Source: Actinomycetota bacterium
GTDB lineage: Bacteria > Actinomycetota > CADDZG01 > WHSQ01
Assembly (NCBI GenBank): GCA_009380005.1
Contig: WHSQ01000006.1
Coordinates: 967 to 64,966, forward strand
DNA length: 64,000 bases
Direction of reading: 5' to 3'
The translations under genes were made by a program, and so were the position numbers. How positions within the stretch are numbered: the first letter of the stretch is position 1; the number at the start of each line of letters is the position of its first letter. The notes under the pieces are model-generated. The model did not search any database and was not told the origin of the DNA. It was given only the letters and a program-made list of their open reading frames with translations. Shown in pieces: positions 48,132 through 57,811 of the stretch.

Positions 48132-49718
48132 GTGCCGGTCTCCGGAAACGGTTTGCCCGTGACGAGAGGCGATCCCACCGCCAGGGTCGTCTCGTGGATG
48201 CTGATCCTGGCGGCTCTCTACTTCGCCACGGCCAAGCTCGGACTCTCGCTCGAGGTGGCCCAGGGGAACGCGACACCTGTATGGCCCCCGACCGCGATAG
48301 CCCTCGTCGCACTCTTGCTCTTCGGTCCTCGCATGTGGCCGGGGATCTTCCTGGGAGCCTTCGTCGCCAACGCCACGACACCGATCCCCCTGTGGGTCGC
48401 CGGGGCCATCGCGGTTGGCAACACCTTGGAGGCGATGATCGGTTACCGGCTACTGAGCATGGTCGACTTCCGCGCGTCCCTGCAGCGCGTCCGCGACGTC
48501 GTGGCGCTCGTGGTCCTGGCCGGTGGTGTGAGCACTCTGGTCAGCGCCACCATCGGCGTGACGTCCCTCCTGGTCGCGGGACAGATCGCATCCGACGCCT
48601 ACGGGTTGCATTGGCAGGTCTGGTGGCTCGGGGACGCGATGGGAGACATCCTGCTGGCTCCGGTGTTGCTGGCGTGGGCAAGCTTTCGTCGTTACGAGCT
48701 CGGTGGGGGAGGAGGGCTCCTTCATGCCCTCGGGATATCTGCCGGTCTCGTCTTCGTAGGATTCCTGTTCCGGTGGGAAGCTCCCAGCGCGGCGTACGCC
48801 ACTTTCCCCCTCGTCATGTGGGCGACGCTCAGGTTCCGCCAGGTCGGCGCCTCGACGGTGGTCGCGATCGCGACCGCCTTCGGGATCGCGGCCATCGTCT
48901 CCGGTAGCGATCCTTTCGGAGGGACGGGCGACACACGTTCGGTGGCCCTCCTGCAAGGACTCATGGGTCTGGGGGCGTTCGCCAGCCTCCTCGTGGCGGC
49001 GACGCTGTCGGAGCGAGATGAGGCGACCGCGGCATCGCAGAGGGAGGCGCGGCTGTTGCGGGACAGTGAGCATCAGCTCGCCGAGGCTCAGCGGCTGGCG
49101 CACGTCGGAAGCTGGGATTGGGACATCGCGACGGGGGCCGTGCACTGGTCCGAGGAGATGTTCCGGATCTACGGACACGAGCCCACGAACGATCCGATCG
49201 ACTTCGAGGCTGCGGTCAGGGACGTCGTTCCAGAGGACCGTGACCTGATCACCCTCAACGCTCTGAGTGCCATCGAGGCCGGCGCCGAAGGGGATCTGCC
49301 GGACGTGGAGTATCGGGTCCTCAGGCCGGACGGCCGGGAACGTGTCCTTCAGGGCCGGGGCAGGCTGATCCTGGACGGCGACGGCCGTGCCAAGGAGATG
49401 GTGGGCACGGTTCAAGACATCACGGACAGCCGCGAAGCGGAGCGCAACGCCGAGCGACTCAAGGAGATGGAGGCGCGCCATCGCCAGGCATTGGAGCTCA
49501 ACGACGAGATCGTCCAGGGGCTCGCGGCTGCGAAACTTGCCCTCGAGCTGGATGAGCGCGGAAAGGCCATCAGCGTCCTGCACGAAACGATGGGATCGGC
49601 TCGCGCTATCGTCAGCGACCTGCTTCGACGATCGGGGATCGCTCCGGGAGACCTGGTCCGCGAGCGTCCGACCGGCTCCGACCCGCAGGGGTTGGACCCC
49701 GAGCGGTCCGATCCCTAG
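48132..49718 (+). CDS. MASE1-PAS sensor protein ending in a His-less HisKA_3-like helix, with no ATPase domain
   Basis: The N-terminal ~290 aa form a multi-TM MASE1-like domain (LYFATAKLGLSLEVAQGNATPVWPPTAIAL). PAS region is GSWDWDIATGAVHWSEEMFRIYG. The C-terminus RHRQALELNDEIVQGLAAAKLALE has Asn where the phospho-His of HisKA_3 kinases sits. Confidence 0.8.
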   Translation: MPVSGNGLPVTRGDPTARVVSWMLILAALYFATAKLGLSLEVAQGNATPVWPPTAIALVALLLFGPRMWPGIFLGAFVANATTPIPLWVAGAIAVGNTLEAMIGYRLLSMVDFRASLQRVRDVVALVVLAGGVSTLVSATIGVTSLLVAGQIASDAYGLHWQVWWLGDAMGDILLAPVLLAWASFRRYELGGGGGLLHALGISAGLVFVGFLFRWEAPSAAYATFPLVMWATLRFRQVGASTVVAIATAFGIAAIVSGSDPFGGTGDTRSVALLQGLMGLGAFASLLVAATLSERDEATAASQREARLLRDSEHQLAEAQRLAHVGSWDWDIATGAVHWSEEMFRIYGHEPTNDPIDFEAAVRDVVPEDRDLITLNALSAIEAGAEGDLPDVEYRVLRPDGRERVLQGRGRLILDGDGRAKEMVGTVQDITDSREAERNAERLKEMEARHRQALELNDEIVQGLAAAKLALELDERGKAISVLHETMGSARAIVSDLLRRSGIAPGDLVRERPTGSDPQGLDPERSDP

Positions 49719-49863
49719 CCCCGTTCCCTGGTCACCGGGACGGACGACGTAAGCCCCATCTCGCTGAGCAGCGACCGCTACCCGCGGATCCAAGCGCCGA
49801 CGCTCGTTCACACGGCAGCCGCGACGTGCTGCTCTCGCTTCTTCGCTCCCTAACCGAGGATGT

Positions 49864-50727
49864 TCAGCCCTTGACGGCTCCCGCGGTCAGGCCCGCGACG
49901 ATCCGACGTTGGAGTATCAGCGTCATGATGATCATGGGGATCGTCACGATCACACAGGCCGCCGTGATCGTTCCGATCGGGCGTTGGAATTCGACCGACC
50001 CCGTAAAGGCCGCGATAGCGACCGGCACGGTCTGTGCCACAAGGTCGCGCGGTGCGAACGTGCTCGCGAGCAGGAACTCGTTCCAGGCATAGACGAACAC
50101 GATGATGGCCGCGGCGAACACCCCCGGCGCCGCGAGCGGCAACACCACCTTGTAGAAGGCCTGGAACGCGGTCGCTCCGTCGACGCGCGCGGCTTCCTCG
50201 AGATCCTTTGGGATCGACGCGTAGAACGTAGTCAGGATGAAGATCGTCAGCGGCAGCGTGAACGCGGTGTAGGGGATGTAAAGCCCCGGATACGTATTGA
50301 GCAGTCCCAGGTTGCGCCACAACTCGTACAGAGGCGGTACCAGCGCTACCGAGGGGAACAACGCCACCGCGAGGATCGCCGACAGGATCACGACCTTGCC
50401 CCTGAGAGGGAGCCTCGCTATCGCGTAGGCCGCCAGTGACCCAACCGTGATGCAGACGATGGTCGTGGTTCCGGCCACGATCGCAGAGTTGCGCAGGTTA
50501 TACCCGAAGCCTTGATCGAACACGCTGATGTAGTTTTGGAGCCCGAACGGCCCCTGCGTCAGGCTGGGGCTGTTGAGCGCCCGGTCTCCCAGTTTCAGAC
50601 TGGTGTCGATGAGCCACACGAACGGGAACAGACACCACAGCAGGATGAACCCCAGCATTGAGTAACGGCCGAACTTGCGCCAGAATGAGGTCTCGACGAC
50701 GGCGCCCTCGTCCTTAGCCACGCTCAC
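49864..50727 (-). CDS. Carbohydrate ABC transporter permease (MalG-like)
   Basis: 287 aa with six TM helices and the EAA loop DLEEAARVDGATAFQAFYKVVLPLA. Confidence 0.9.
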   Translation of the reverse strand: MSVAKDEGAVVETSFWRKFGRYSMLGFILLWCLFPFVWLIDTSLKLGDRALNSPSLTQGPFGLQNYISVFDQGFGYNLRNSAIVAGTTTIVCITVGSLAAYAIARLPLRGKVVILSAILAVALFPSVALVPPLYELWRNLGLLNTYPGLYIPYTAFTLPLTIFILTTFYASIPKDLEEAARVDGATAFQAFYKVVLPLAAPGVFAAAIIVFVYAWNEFLLASTFAPRDLVAQTVPVAIAAFTGSVEFQRPIGTITAACVIVTIPMIIMTLILQRRIVAGLTAGAVKG

Positions 50728-51638
50728 TCACCTCCTGTACCAACAACGAAGTCTCGGCCCAGCGCCCTCACGAACAGCACTCCGATCATCAGCACGAGGA
50801 TGAACGTCAGCGTCGACAACGCAGAGCCGAATCCCGGATCGAGCGTCACCACCACGAAGCGCTGCACCAGCATCGACAACGACTCGGTGTTGTTGGCCCC
50901 TCCGGTCATGACCTGGGGAAGATCGAAGACGCGCAGCGCATCGACGGTGCGGAATAGAAGCGCGACCAGGATCGCCGGCTTGAGCAGTGGCATCGTGATG
51001 AACCGGAAGCGCTGCCACGTCGTGGCCCCGTCGACGCGCGCGCTCTCGTACAGCTCGTCGGGAATGGTTTGCAGCCCCGCCAGGAGGAGGAGCGCCACGA
51101 ACGGCGCGGTCTTCCACACGTCTGCGAACACGATGGAGAACATCGCCCACCCCGGCTCGCCGAGCCAGTTGAATCGGTCGAGCCCCAAGATGTGGTTCAC
51201 GAATCCCGGAGTCACGCTGAACATGAAGTACCAGAGCTGGGCGGCGATCACTGTGGGGATGACCCACGGAACCAAGATCGACGCTCTGGTGATCCCCCGG
51301 CCGTGAAACGCCTGGCGCATGATCAAAGCGAACCCGAGCCCGATGGCGAACTCTCCCGACACCGAGGTGATCGTGAAGATGAAGGTAGCCTTCACCGCGT
51401 CCCAGAAACGAGGCTCGGTCAGGGCCTCGGTGTAGTTCTCGAGACCCCCGAAGCCCTCCCTCAGGCGACCCTGGTACAGATAGAGGCTCAATACGAAGGC
51501 GTAGATGATCGGAAACGCTGCGACCAATGCCATCACGAGCACCGAGGGGGACAAGAACAGGCGCGCCAACCCGGTGTCCGAGAGGCCACGCTGTTTCTTA
51601 ACCGCCGGCGCCCGCCCCGCCACGGTGGTAGCTGACAC
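50724..51638 (-). CDS. Carbohydrate ABC transporter permease (MalF-like)
   Basis: 304 aa with the EAA loop ELYESARVDGATTWQRFRFITMPLL. It overlaps the next gene by 4 nt. Confidence 0.9.
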   Translation of the reverse strand: MSATTVAGRAPAVKKQRGLSDTGLARLFLSPSVLVMALVAAFPIIYAFVLSLYLYQGRLREGFGGLENYTEALTEPRFWDAVKATFIFTITSVSGEFAIGLGFALIMRQAFHGRGITRASILVPWVIPTVIAAQLWYFMFSVTPGFVNHILGLDRFNWLGEPGWAMFSIVFADVWKTAPFVALLLLAGLQTIPDELYESARVDGATTWQRFRFITMPLLKPAILVALLFRTVDALRVFDLPQVMTGGANNTESLSMLVQRFVVVTLDPGFGSALSTLTFILVLMIGVLFVRALGRDFVVGTGGE

Positions 51639-51673
51639 GATGAGTATCCCCTTCTAAAGGACTGTTCGGCGGG

Positions 51674-52993
51674 CTACTCCTGGATGCTTTCCTCGAGGAA
51701 CGCTCCCACGGCTTCAACCGCCTCCTGAGGATCCTTCTGTCCGTTGTAGGCGGGGAAGATCTCTTGCTGGATGGTCACGCTGATGTCGTTCCACGTGGGT
51801 GCGGGAGGACGCGGCTTCGCATCGGGAAGCACCTCGCCGAGCAGCTTCATGACGGGATCGTCCTGAAGCTCTTCGTAGACCGACGCCATGGTGGGTGGCA
51901 GTGAGGACTGACCGAGCAGCGTCTGGACGTCCTCATTCGTCGACGCCCAGACCACGAACTCCTTGGCGGCCTCCTTGTTGTCGCTGAAGGCGCTCACCGC
52001 GTTGTTGAAGCCTCCGAGCGCGGAGATGGTTCCCTCGCCGGTGAAGGTTGGTAGCGGGGCTATGTCGAATTTGCCGGCGATCTCGCTCTCCGCCTCGTCA
52101 CTGGCGAGGCCGTAGACGTACGGCCAGTTGCGCAGGAACACCGCCTTGCCCGACTGGAACTCGTTGCGGGACTCTTCCTCGAGGAAGGTGTTGAAGCCGG
52201 ATGCGTAGAAGCCGTTCTCGACCGAGTCCCGCATGAACTCGACCGCCTCGAGAGCGAGCCCCTCGTCCCACAAGACCTCGGACGCGTCCTCGTTGAAGAG
52301 CTCGCCGCCCGCGCCCCAGTAGTACTCGAGGAAGTTCACGACCATGCCTTCGTACTGAGCGCCCTGGGCGACGAAGGGCGAGATGCCCTCCTTCTTGCCT
52401 ACTTCGAGGCCCATCTCCACCGCCTCGTCCCAGGTCGTCGGCGGCTCGTCGACCAGGTCGGTGCGGTAATAGAGGAAGCCTGCGTTGCTATTGTAGGGAC
52501 CGGCCCACAGCTCCCCCTCCCAGGTCGCCGACTCGAAGGCGCCGGGGATGCTGACCTCTTCGATCTCGTCTCGGACGTCCTCGAGGCTTTCCAGCCAGCC
52601 GTTGACCGAGTATTCACCGGTCCAGATGACGTCCATGCCCAAGACGTCGAAGCCGGAGCCCTCCGCATTCAGTTCCAGGCTCTGCTGCTGGCGCTGCTCG
52701 CCCGCATCATCGGGCAGTCTGTCGATGCGGATCGGCGTGTCGGGATTCTCTTCGTTCCACATCGCGGCGATCTCTCGGTGAACACCACCGGGCGCCGCCT
52801 CTGAACCGCCGATGGCCCAGGTCAGCTCGCCGCCGCCTTCGCCGCCCCCATCCTCGGGAGACGTGCCCGCGCAGCCTGTCGCGACGAGGGCGATTACGAC
52901 GAGAAGTATCGCAGCGGATGGAAAGCGGTACCGGTTACGCGTTAGAAGTTTCAAAGCTCCCCCTATCCGGTTGCGGACGGCTGCCCCCGACAT
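51674..52993 (-). CDS. Carbohydrate ABC transporter substrate-binding lipoprotein
   Basis: Lipobox LVATGC and a family 1 extracellular SBP pattern. The mature protein is highly acidic. Confidence 0.88.
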   Translation of the reverse strand: MSGAAVRNRIGGALKLLTRNRYRFPSAAILLVVIALVATGCAGTSPEDGGGEGGGELTWAIGGSEAAPGGVHREIAAMWNEENPDTPIRIDRLPDDAGEQRQQQSLELNAEGSGFDVLGMDVIWTGEYSVNGWLESLEDVRDEIEEVSIPGAFESATWEGELWAGPYNSNAGFLYYRTDLVDEPPTTWDEAVEMGLEVGKKEGISPFVAQGAQYEGMVVNFLEYYWGAGGELFNEDASEVLWDEGLALEAVEFMRDSVENGFYASGFNTFLEEESRNEFQSGKAVFLRNWPYVYGLASDEAESEIAGKFDIAPLPTFTGEGTISALGGFNNAVSAFSDNKEAAKEFVVWASTNEDVQTLLGQSSLPPTMASVYEELQDDPVMKLLGEVLPDAKPRPPAPTWNDISVTIQQEIFPAYNGQKDPQEAVEAVGAFLEESIQE

Positions 52994-53086
52994 CGCCGTC
53001 CAGTGCCCCTACACGCTCTGGCCTCGTACAGCCAGAGCATCATAACCAGTCTCGACGGATCGTCACGATAGGAGTAGTAGGACCAC

Positions 53087-54718
53087 CTAGTCGGGTCGGG
53101 CGATGGGAGCGGGCCAGCGCCTCTGAACTCCCTCCGAATCGAGCAGGCGGGCGAACTCCTCGAATGCCCCGGGCTGCTCCAGCAACGCCCGAGGCTGAGC
53201 CCCCGTGTCCAGGCAATGTGCCGCCAATAGCCCGGCCACCTCGCCGATGTTCCACTCGACCGGATGGAGGCGGTAGCAACCGTTGGTGACGTGGGTGGTC
53301 CCGATACCCTTGCCGGCGGGCAACAGGTTGCGCAGCCGCACCGGGATCAGCGCTCCGAGCGGGATCTCGAACGGGCAGGTGGCGACATCGATGTAGGTGG
53401 CGCCGCCGGTAGAGGGATGAAGGTCGATGCGGTAGCTGCCCACGCCCACGGAATCCGGGTAGCTCACCGCCCCGTGCCGGCCGCGCACGGCCGCGGATAG
53501 GTCCTGCTCGACGATGGTTCTTTGCGCCCGGATGCGGCGCGACTCGCGGATATAGGCGGCCATCGCGAGCCCATCGGTCGTGCCCACGACGTCGCCGTTG
53601 AGCTTTAGACCCGGATAGCCGCTGCCCCCGTCAGGGCGCGGCGCCTCGGTCTGCATCCAGTAGAGAAAGCTGAGGCTGAGCCGGCGCGCGCCCTCGGCGT
53701 TGTCGAGCGCCACGTCCTCGTTCACCTCGATGACCGGGCCGAGCCAGTAGTCGATCATCGGCCAGTTGACAAGGGTGATGTCGCTGGCCATGAACCCCTC
53801 GGCGAAGTTGCGGCGCGCTGCGATGCGACGGAACAACCAGAGATCCTGATCGCCGCCGCGCGCGTAGGGGGTCGCACCGCCGTCGTCGAAGAAGGGGTCG
53901 GTCTGTGGGTTGGGGGCGAGGAAGCGTTGTACCGGCGAGAGCGTTTGCGGGTCTGGGGCGATCCAGGAGAGGTTCGGCCCCGGCCAGAACGACGCCCGGT
54001 AGTCGCGCCAGAAGTCGTAGTCCCCGGGTTTCTCGATGGTGTGGTCCTCGTCGGCGTGGTGCTCGAGGGCGAAGCAGACGCTGATCGCCTGCATGTTGAG
54101 TGGGTCGGCGACCTCGGGAGCGTGCGGCTCGCCGGTGTCTCGCCGGGACTCGGCCCCCGTGACGTACTCGGCCTTCGCAAGGGGGAGCAGCTCGCCGGTC
54201 TCGGTGGCGTCTAGCACATAGGCGGCCGAAACCGCGATCGTTTCGCCTTCCGGGCCGGCCAACGTCACCCCCTCTACCTCGTCGCCGGCCGCGGCCACCG
54301 CAACCGGCCGGTGCTCGGCGAGCACCTCGAGTCGCCCGCTCGCCCGATGGGGTTCGAGCATCGTCTCGAGCGCGGCCCGCGCGATCCGCGGCTCGTGCGC
54401 CAGCCCGCTCACGTAGGCCGCTCCGGGATTGAGGTGCGGATCCCTGCGGGCCGCGTCGGAGAGCGGATAACTCGACCGGTAGATCGAACGGATGCGTTCA
54501 CGCAACTCCCGGTAGGTGCGCGTGCAGCCGGTCTCCTCGATCCACGGATGTTCGTCCGGCGGTACCGCCTGGGAGGTGAGCTGGCCGCCGAGCCACCGGG
54601 TCGATTCGCTGAGGATGACCGACCGCCCCGAGCGAGCGGCGGCCAGAGCGGCTGCGACGCCCCCGAGTCCTCCGCCCACGACGAGCACCTCGGCACGGCT
54701 TTCCGCCGAATCGTTCAT
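53087..54718 (-). CDS. FAD-dependent oxidoreductase (FAD_oxidored/PF12831-like)
   Basis: Internal ATG at 54718. The dinucleotide motif VLVVGGGLGGVAAALAAARSG is followed by GGQLTSQAVPPDEH. Confidence 0.75.
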   Translation of the reverse strand: MNDSAESRAEVLVVGGGLGGVAAALAAARSGRSVILSESTRWLGGQLTSQAVPPDEHPWIEETGCTRTYRELRERIRSIYRSSYPLSDAARRDPHLNPGAAYVSGLAHEPRIARAALETMLEPHRASGRLEVLAEHRPVAVAAAGDEVEGVTLAGPEGETIAVSAAYVLDATETGELLPLAKAEYVTGAESRRDTGEPHAPEVADPLNMQAISVCFALEHHADEDHTIEKPGDYDFWRDYRASFWPGPNLSWIAPDPQTLSPVQRFLAPNPQTDPFFDDGGATPYARGGDQDLWLFRRIAARRNFAEGFMASDITLVNWPMIDYWLGPVIEVNEDVALDNAEGARRLSLSFLYWMQTEAPRPDGGSGYPGLKLNGDVVGTTDGLAMAAYIRESRRIRAQRTIVEQDLSAAVRGRHGAVSYPDSVGVGSYRIDLHPSTGGATYIDVATCPFEIPLGALIPVRLRNLLPAGKGIGTTHVTNGCYRLHPVEWNIGEVAGLLAAHCLDTGAQPRALLEQPGAFEEFARLLDSEGVQRRWPAPIARPD

Positions 54719-54833
54719 GGTCCGGCAGCGTAACGTTCGGCATGATCGCGGTCGTCGCACCACTCAACGCCGTCAGTCGAATCCTCGGTTGCGTGGGTTG
54801 GCGAGTCGACGCGCTCCGCTAAGGTCGCAGACC

Positions 54834-56438
54834 ATGAGCACGCGACGCAAGGAAAGCGCGCGCCCATGGTGGCAGACCGAAGTCTTCTACCAGATCTATC
54901 CGCGCTCGTTCGCCGACTCGGACGGAGATGGGGTGGGGGATATCAACGGGGTCATCGAGCGGCTCGACTACCTCGAGTGGCTCGGCATCGGTGGGATCTG
55001 GTTCAACCCGGTGATGCCCTCCCCGAACCACGACTGGGGTTACGACGTGGCGGACTACTGCGACGTTCATCCCGACCTCGGGACGCTTGAGGACGTCGAC
55101 CGTCTGGTCGGAGCGGCCGACAAGCGCGGGATGAAGATCATCTTCGACATCGTCCCGAACCACACCAGCGACCAGCACGAGTGGTTCAGGGACGCTCTCA
55201 CTTCACGCGACGCGCGTTACCGCAACTACTATGTGTGGGCCGACCCCATTAAGGACGGCGGCCCCCCCAACAACTGGCTCAGCGTATTCGGCGGATCCGC
55301 GTGGGAATGGCACGAGCCGACCGGTCAGTACTACCTGCACAACTTCCTGGACACGCAGCCGGATCTCGACTGGTGGAACGAAGACGTGCGGAACGAGTTC
55401 GATCGAATCCTCAGCTTCTGGTTCAACCGTGGCATCGCGGGCTTTCGCATCGACGTCGCGCACGGGCTGATCAAGGACAAGGCGTTGCGTGACAACCTGT
55501 CGACGACCGATGACGATCACCCGCGAGCGCGCGCGTTGGCTCAGCAGCAGACCTATTCGGCGAACCGGCCCGAGGTCCACGAGATATTCAAACGCTGGCG
55601 CAAGCTCAGCGACGCCTACGACCCGCAGCGCATCCTCATCGGCGAGACGTTCGTCTACGACCTGACGAGGTGGGCCGAGTTCTACGGCTCGGGCGCCGAC
55701 GAGCTCAACCTGGCCTTCAACTTCCCGTTCGCGCTGGGCAAGTTCGACGTCGAACACCTCAAGCAGGTCGTGCGTACCTCGGACGAGATCATCCCTCCCG
55801 AAGCCTGGCCCGTGTGGATGGCGTCGAACCACGACATCGGCCGCGCCATGACGCGCTGGTGCAACGATGACCCGGCGCGCGGCCGCGTGATGATGATGCT
55901 GCTGCTCACCCTGCGGGGCAGTCCGTTCGTGTATTACGGCGAGGAGCTGGGCATGCCTGCGACTCCGCTCGAGAGCGACCAGCTCAAGGATCCGGTCGGC
56001 ATCCGGCCCTGGGCCGACGACGAGGGGCGCGACGCAGCCCGCACGCCGATGCAGTGGAGCCCTGAGCCGGGCGGGGGCTTCACCACCGCCGATGCCGAGC
56101 CGTGGCTCCCCTTCGGTGACCTCGACGCGGTCAACGTCGAGGGTCAGCGCGGCGACCCGGACTCGTTTCTCGAGTTCACGCGTTCGTTGATCCGGCTCCG
56201 CAGGCAGTCTTTCGATCTCACCGATGGCGCCTACGTCGAGGGCAAGGGGCCGGCCGGGATGTGGGTCTTCAAGCGCGGCGAGAAGACGGTGGTCGCGATG
56301 AACATGAGCGACGATATCGCTACCGTCCAGGGTGTCGAGGGCACCGTGCGCGCGTCTACAACCCCCGGTGGCATCGACGAGCATGCGCAGGGCCGGCTCG
56401 ATCTGCCGCCCTGGAGCGGCGTCGTCGTGGTCGAGTAG
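54834..56438 (+). CDS. GH13 alpha-glucosidase / oligo-1,6-glucosidase family enzyme
   Basis: The ATG at 54834 lies within track ORF 54516..56438. GH13 regions are present: WWQTEVFYQIYPRSFADSDGDGVGD, DIVPNHTSDQH, GFRIDVAH, GETF and SNHD. Confidence 0.92.
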   Translation: MSTRRKESARPWWQTEVFYQIYPRSFADSDGDGVGDINGVIERLDYLEWLGIGGIWFNPVMPSPNHDWGYDVADYCDVHPDLGTLEDVDRLVGAADKRGMKIIFDIVPNHTSDQHEWFRDALTSRDARYRNYYVWADPIKDGGPPNNWLSVFGGSAWEWHEPTGQYYLHNFLDTQPDLDWWNEDVRNEFDRILSFWFNRGIAGFRIDVAHGLIKDKALRDNLSTTDDDHPRARALAQQQTYSANRPEVHEIFKRWRKLSDAYDPQRILIGETFVYDLTRWAEFYGSGADELNLAFNFPFALGKFDVEHLKQVVRTSDEIIPPEAWPVWMASNHDIGRAMTRWCNDDPARGRVMMMLLLTLRGSPFVYYGEELGMPATPLESDQLKDPVGIRPWADDEGRDAARTPMQWSPEPGGGFTTADAEPWLPFGDLDAVNVEGQRGDPDSFLEFTRSLIRLRRQSFDLTDGAYVEGKGPAGMWVFKRGEKTVVAMNMSDDIATVQGVEGTVRASTTPGGIDEHAQGRLDLPPWSGVVVVE

Positions 56439-56453
56439 GGGCGGAGAGCAGCG

Positions 56454-57561
56454 TTAGTTGTCCTCGTAGATCCCCGCGCTCGTGTCCACGTCGAAGAAGT
56501 GCAGCCGTGAGGTGTCCACGGCGAGCTCGACCTCTTCGTTGGTGCGCAGCTTGGTGCGGGGGTCGAGCACCGCGGTGAATTCGTTGGTGCCCTCCTCGGC
56601 CCGTTTCTCGAGCTGGGCGATCTCATCGCCGCCGACGTCGGCCGCAAGCTCCTTCATGTCCTCGGTGATGGCCACCGGTGCGTCAACGGTGAAGTGCACC
56701 ATGGTCTCGGTGCCGACGGCCTCGACGAGATCGATCTTGACCTTGAGGCGACTACCCTCGCCCGACTCCGGGGCGTACTCGGGATCCTCGAAGTCCTGCG
56801 GACGTATCCCGAGCACGATCTCCTTGCCCGCGTACTTCTTCAGGGCTGGGCGCTTCTTGACGTCGGACTCGGCGATCTTGAGCGTCTGACCTCCAAGCTT
56901 GACCGACAGTCCTCCGTCCGCTTCCTCGAGCGTACTGGAGGCGAAGTCCATCGAGGGGCTTCCGATGAAACCCGCGACGAACAGGTTCCTGGGGCGCTCG
57001 AACAACTCGGTGGGTGTGCCGACCTGTTGCAACTCGCCCCTCTTGATCACGGCGACTCGGTCGCCCATGGTCATGGCCTCGATCTGGTCGTGAGTCACGT
57101 ACACCGTCGTGACCTCGAGGTCCCTTTGGATGCGCGCGATCTCGCTGCGCATCTGGACACGTAACTTGGCGTCGAGGTTGGACAGCGGCTCGTCCATCAG
57201 GAACGCCTGCGGGTTGCGGACGATGGCCCTGCCCATTGCCACTCGCTGACGCTGACCGCCCGAGAGCGCGCGGGGCTTCTTGTCGAGGTATTCGTCGAGG
57301 CCGAGCACCTTGGCGGCCTCGTTGACACGGTTGTCGATCTCGCCTTTGTCCGTCTTGGCCAACTTGAGTCCAAAGGCCATGTTGCCGCGCACGGTCATGT
57401 GGGGGTAGAGGGCGTAGTTCTGGAACACCATGGCGATGTCGCGCTCCTTCGGCGGCATGTCGTTGACGATGTTCTCGCCGATCTTGAGCTTGCCTTCGGT
57501 GATGGTCTCGAGGCCCGCGATCAGCCGGAGAGCGGTCGTCTTCCAGAACGATCTCAGCCAT
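56454..57561 (-). pseudogene. msiK/ugpC/malK-type sugar ABC ATPase, inactivated by an N-terminal deletion and frameshift (Walker A lost)
   Basis: An ATG with a GGGGG Shine-Dalgarno gives MAEIVLED in one frame. A second frame continues [48 protein letters not shown] through to the TOBE-like C-terminus. The GPSGCG part of the P-loop and about 35 preceding codons are absent. Confidence 0.8.
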
Positions 57562-57811
57562 CACACCCCCTTGTCCCGGCTTCGGCCGGACCTTGTCGTC
57601 AAGTGCGAAAACTTTACTCCGCCGGGCGGGTTCGGGCCTGATGACTTGGGACCACGCCCCGACGTCGAAGATGGTCCCGCTGAGGGCAGGTTTCCCGCTT
57701 GGGAGCGGACCCACGCCGGCGGATCTCCCCGATAATGACGAGACTACGAGAGCGAGTCCCGAGCGGTTGCCGCTTCAGGGGCGACCGTAGCCGAGGAGCG
57801 GATGGGACAGC

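Noticed and set aside
54719-54833. An operator in the divergent promoter between the FAD oxidoreductase and the alpha-glucosidase (AACGTT core).
   Set aside because: Only a 6-bp palindrome is present, which is expected by chance.
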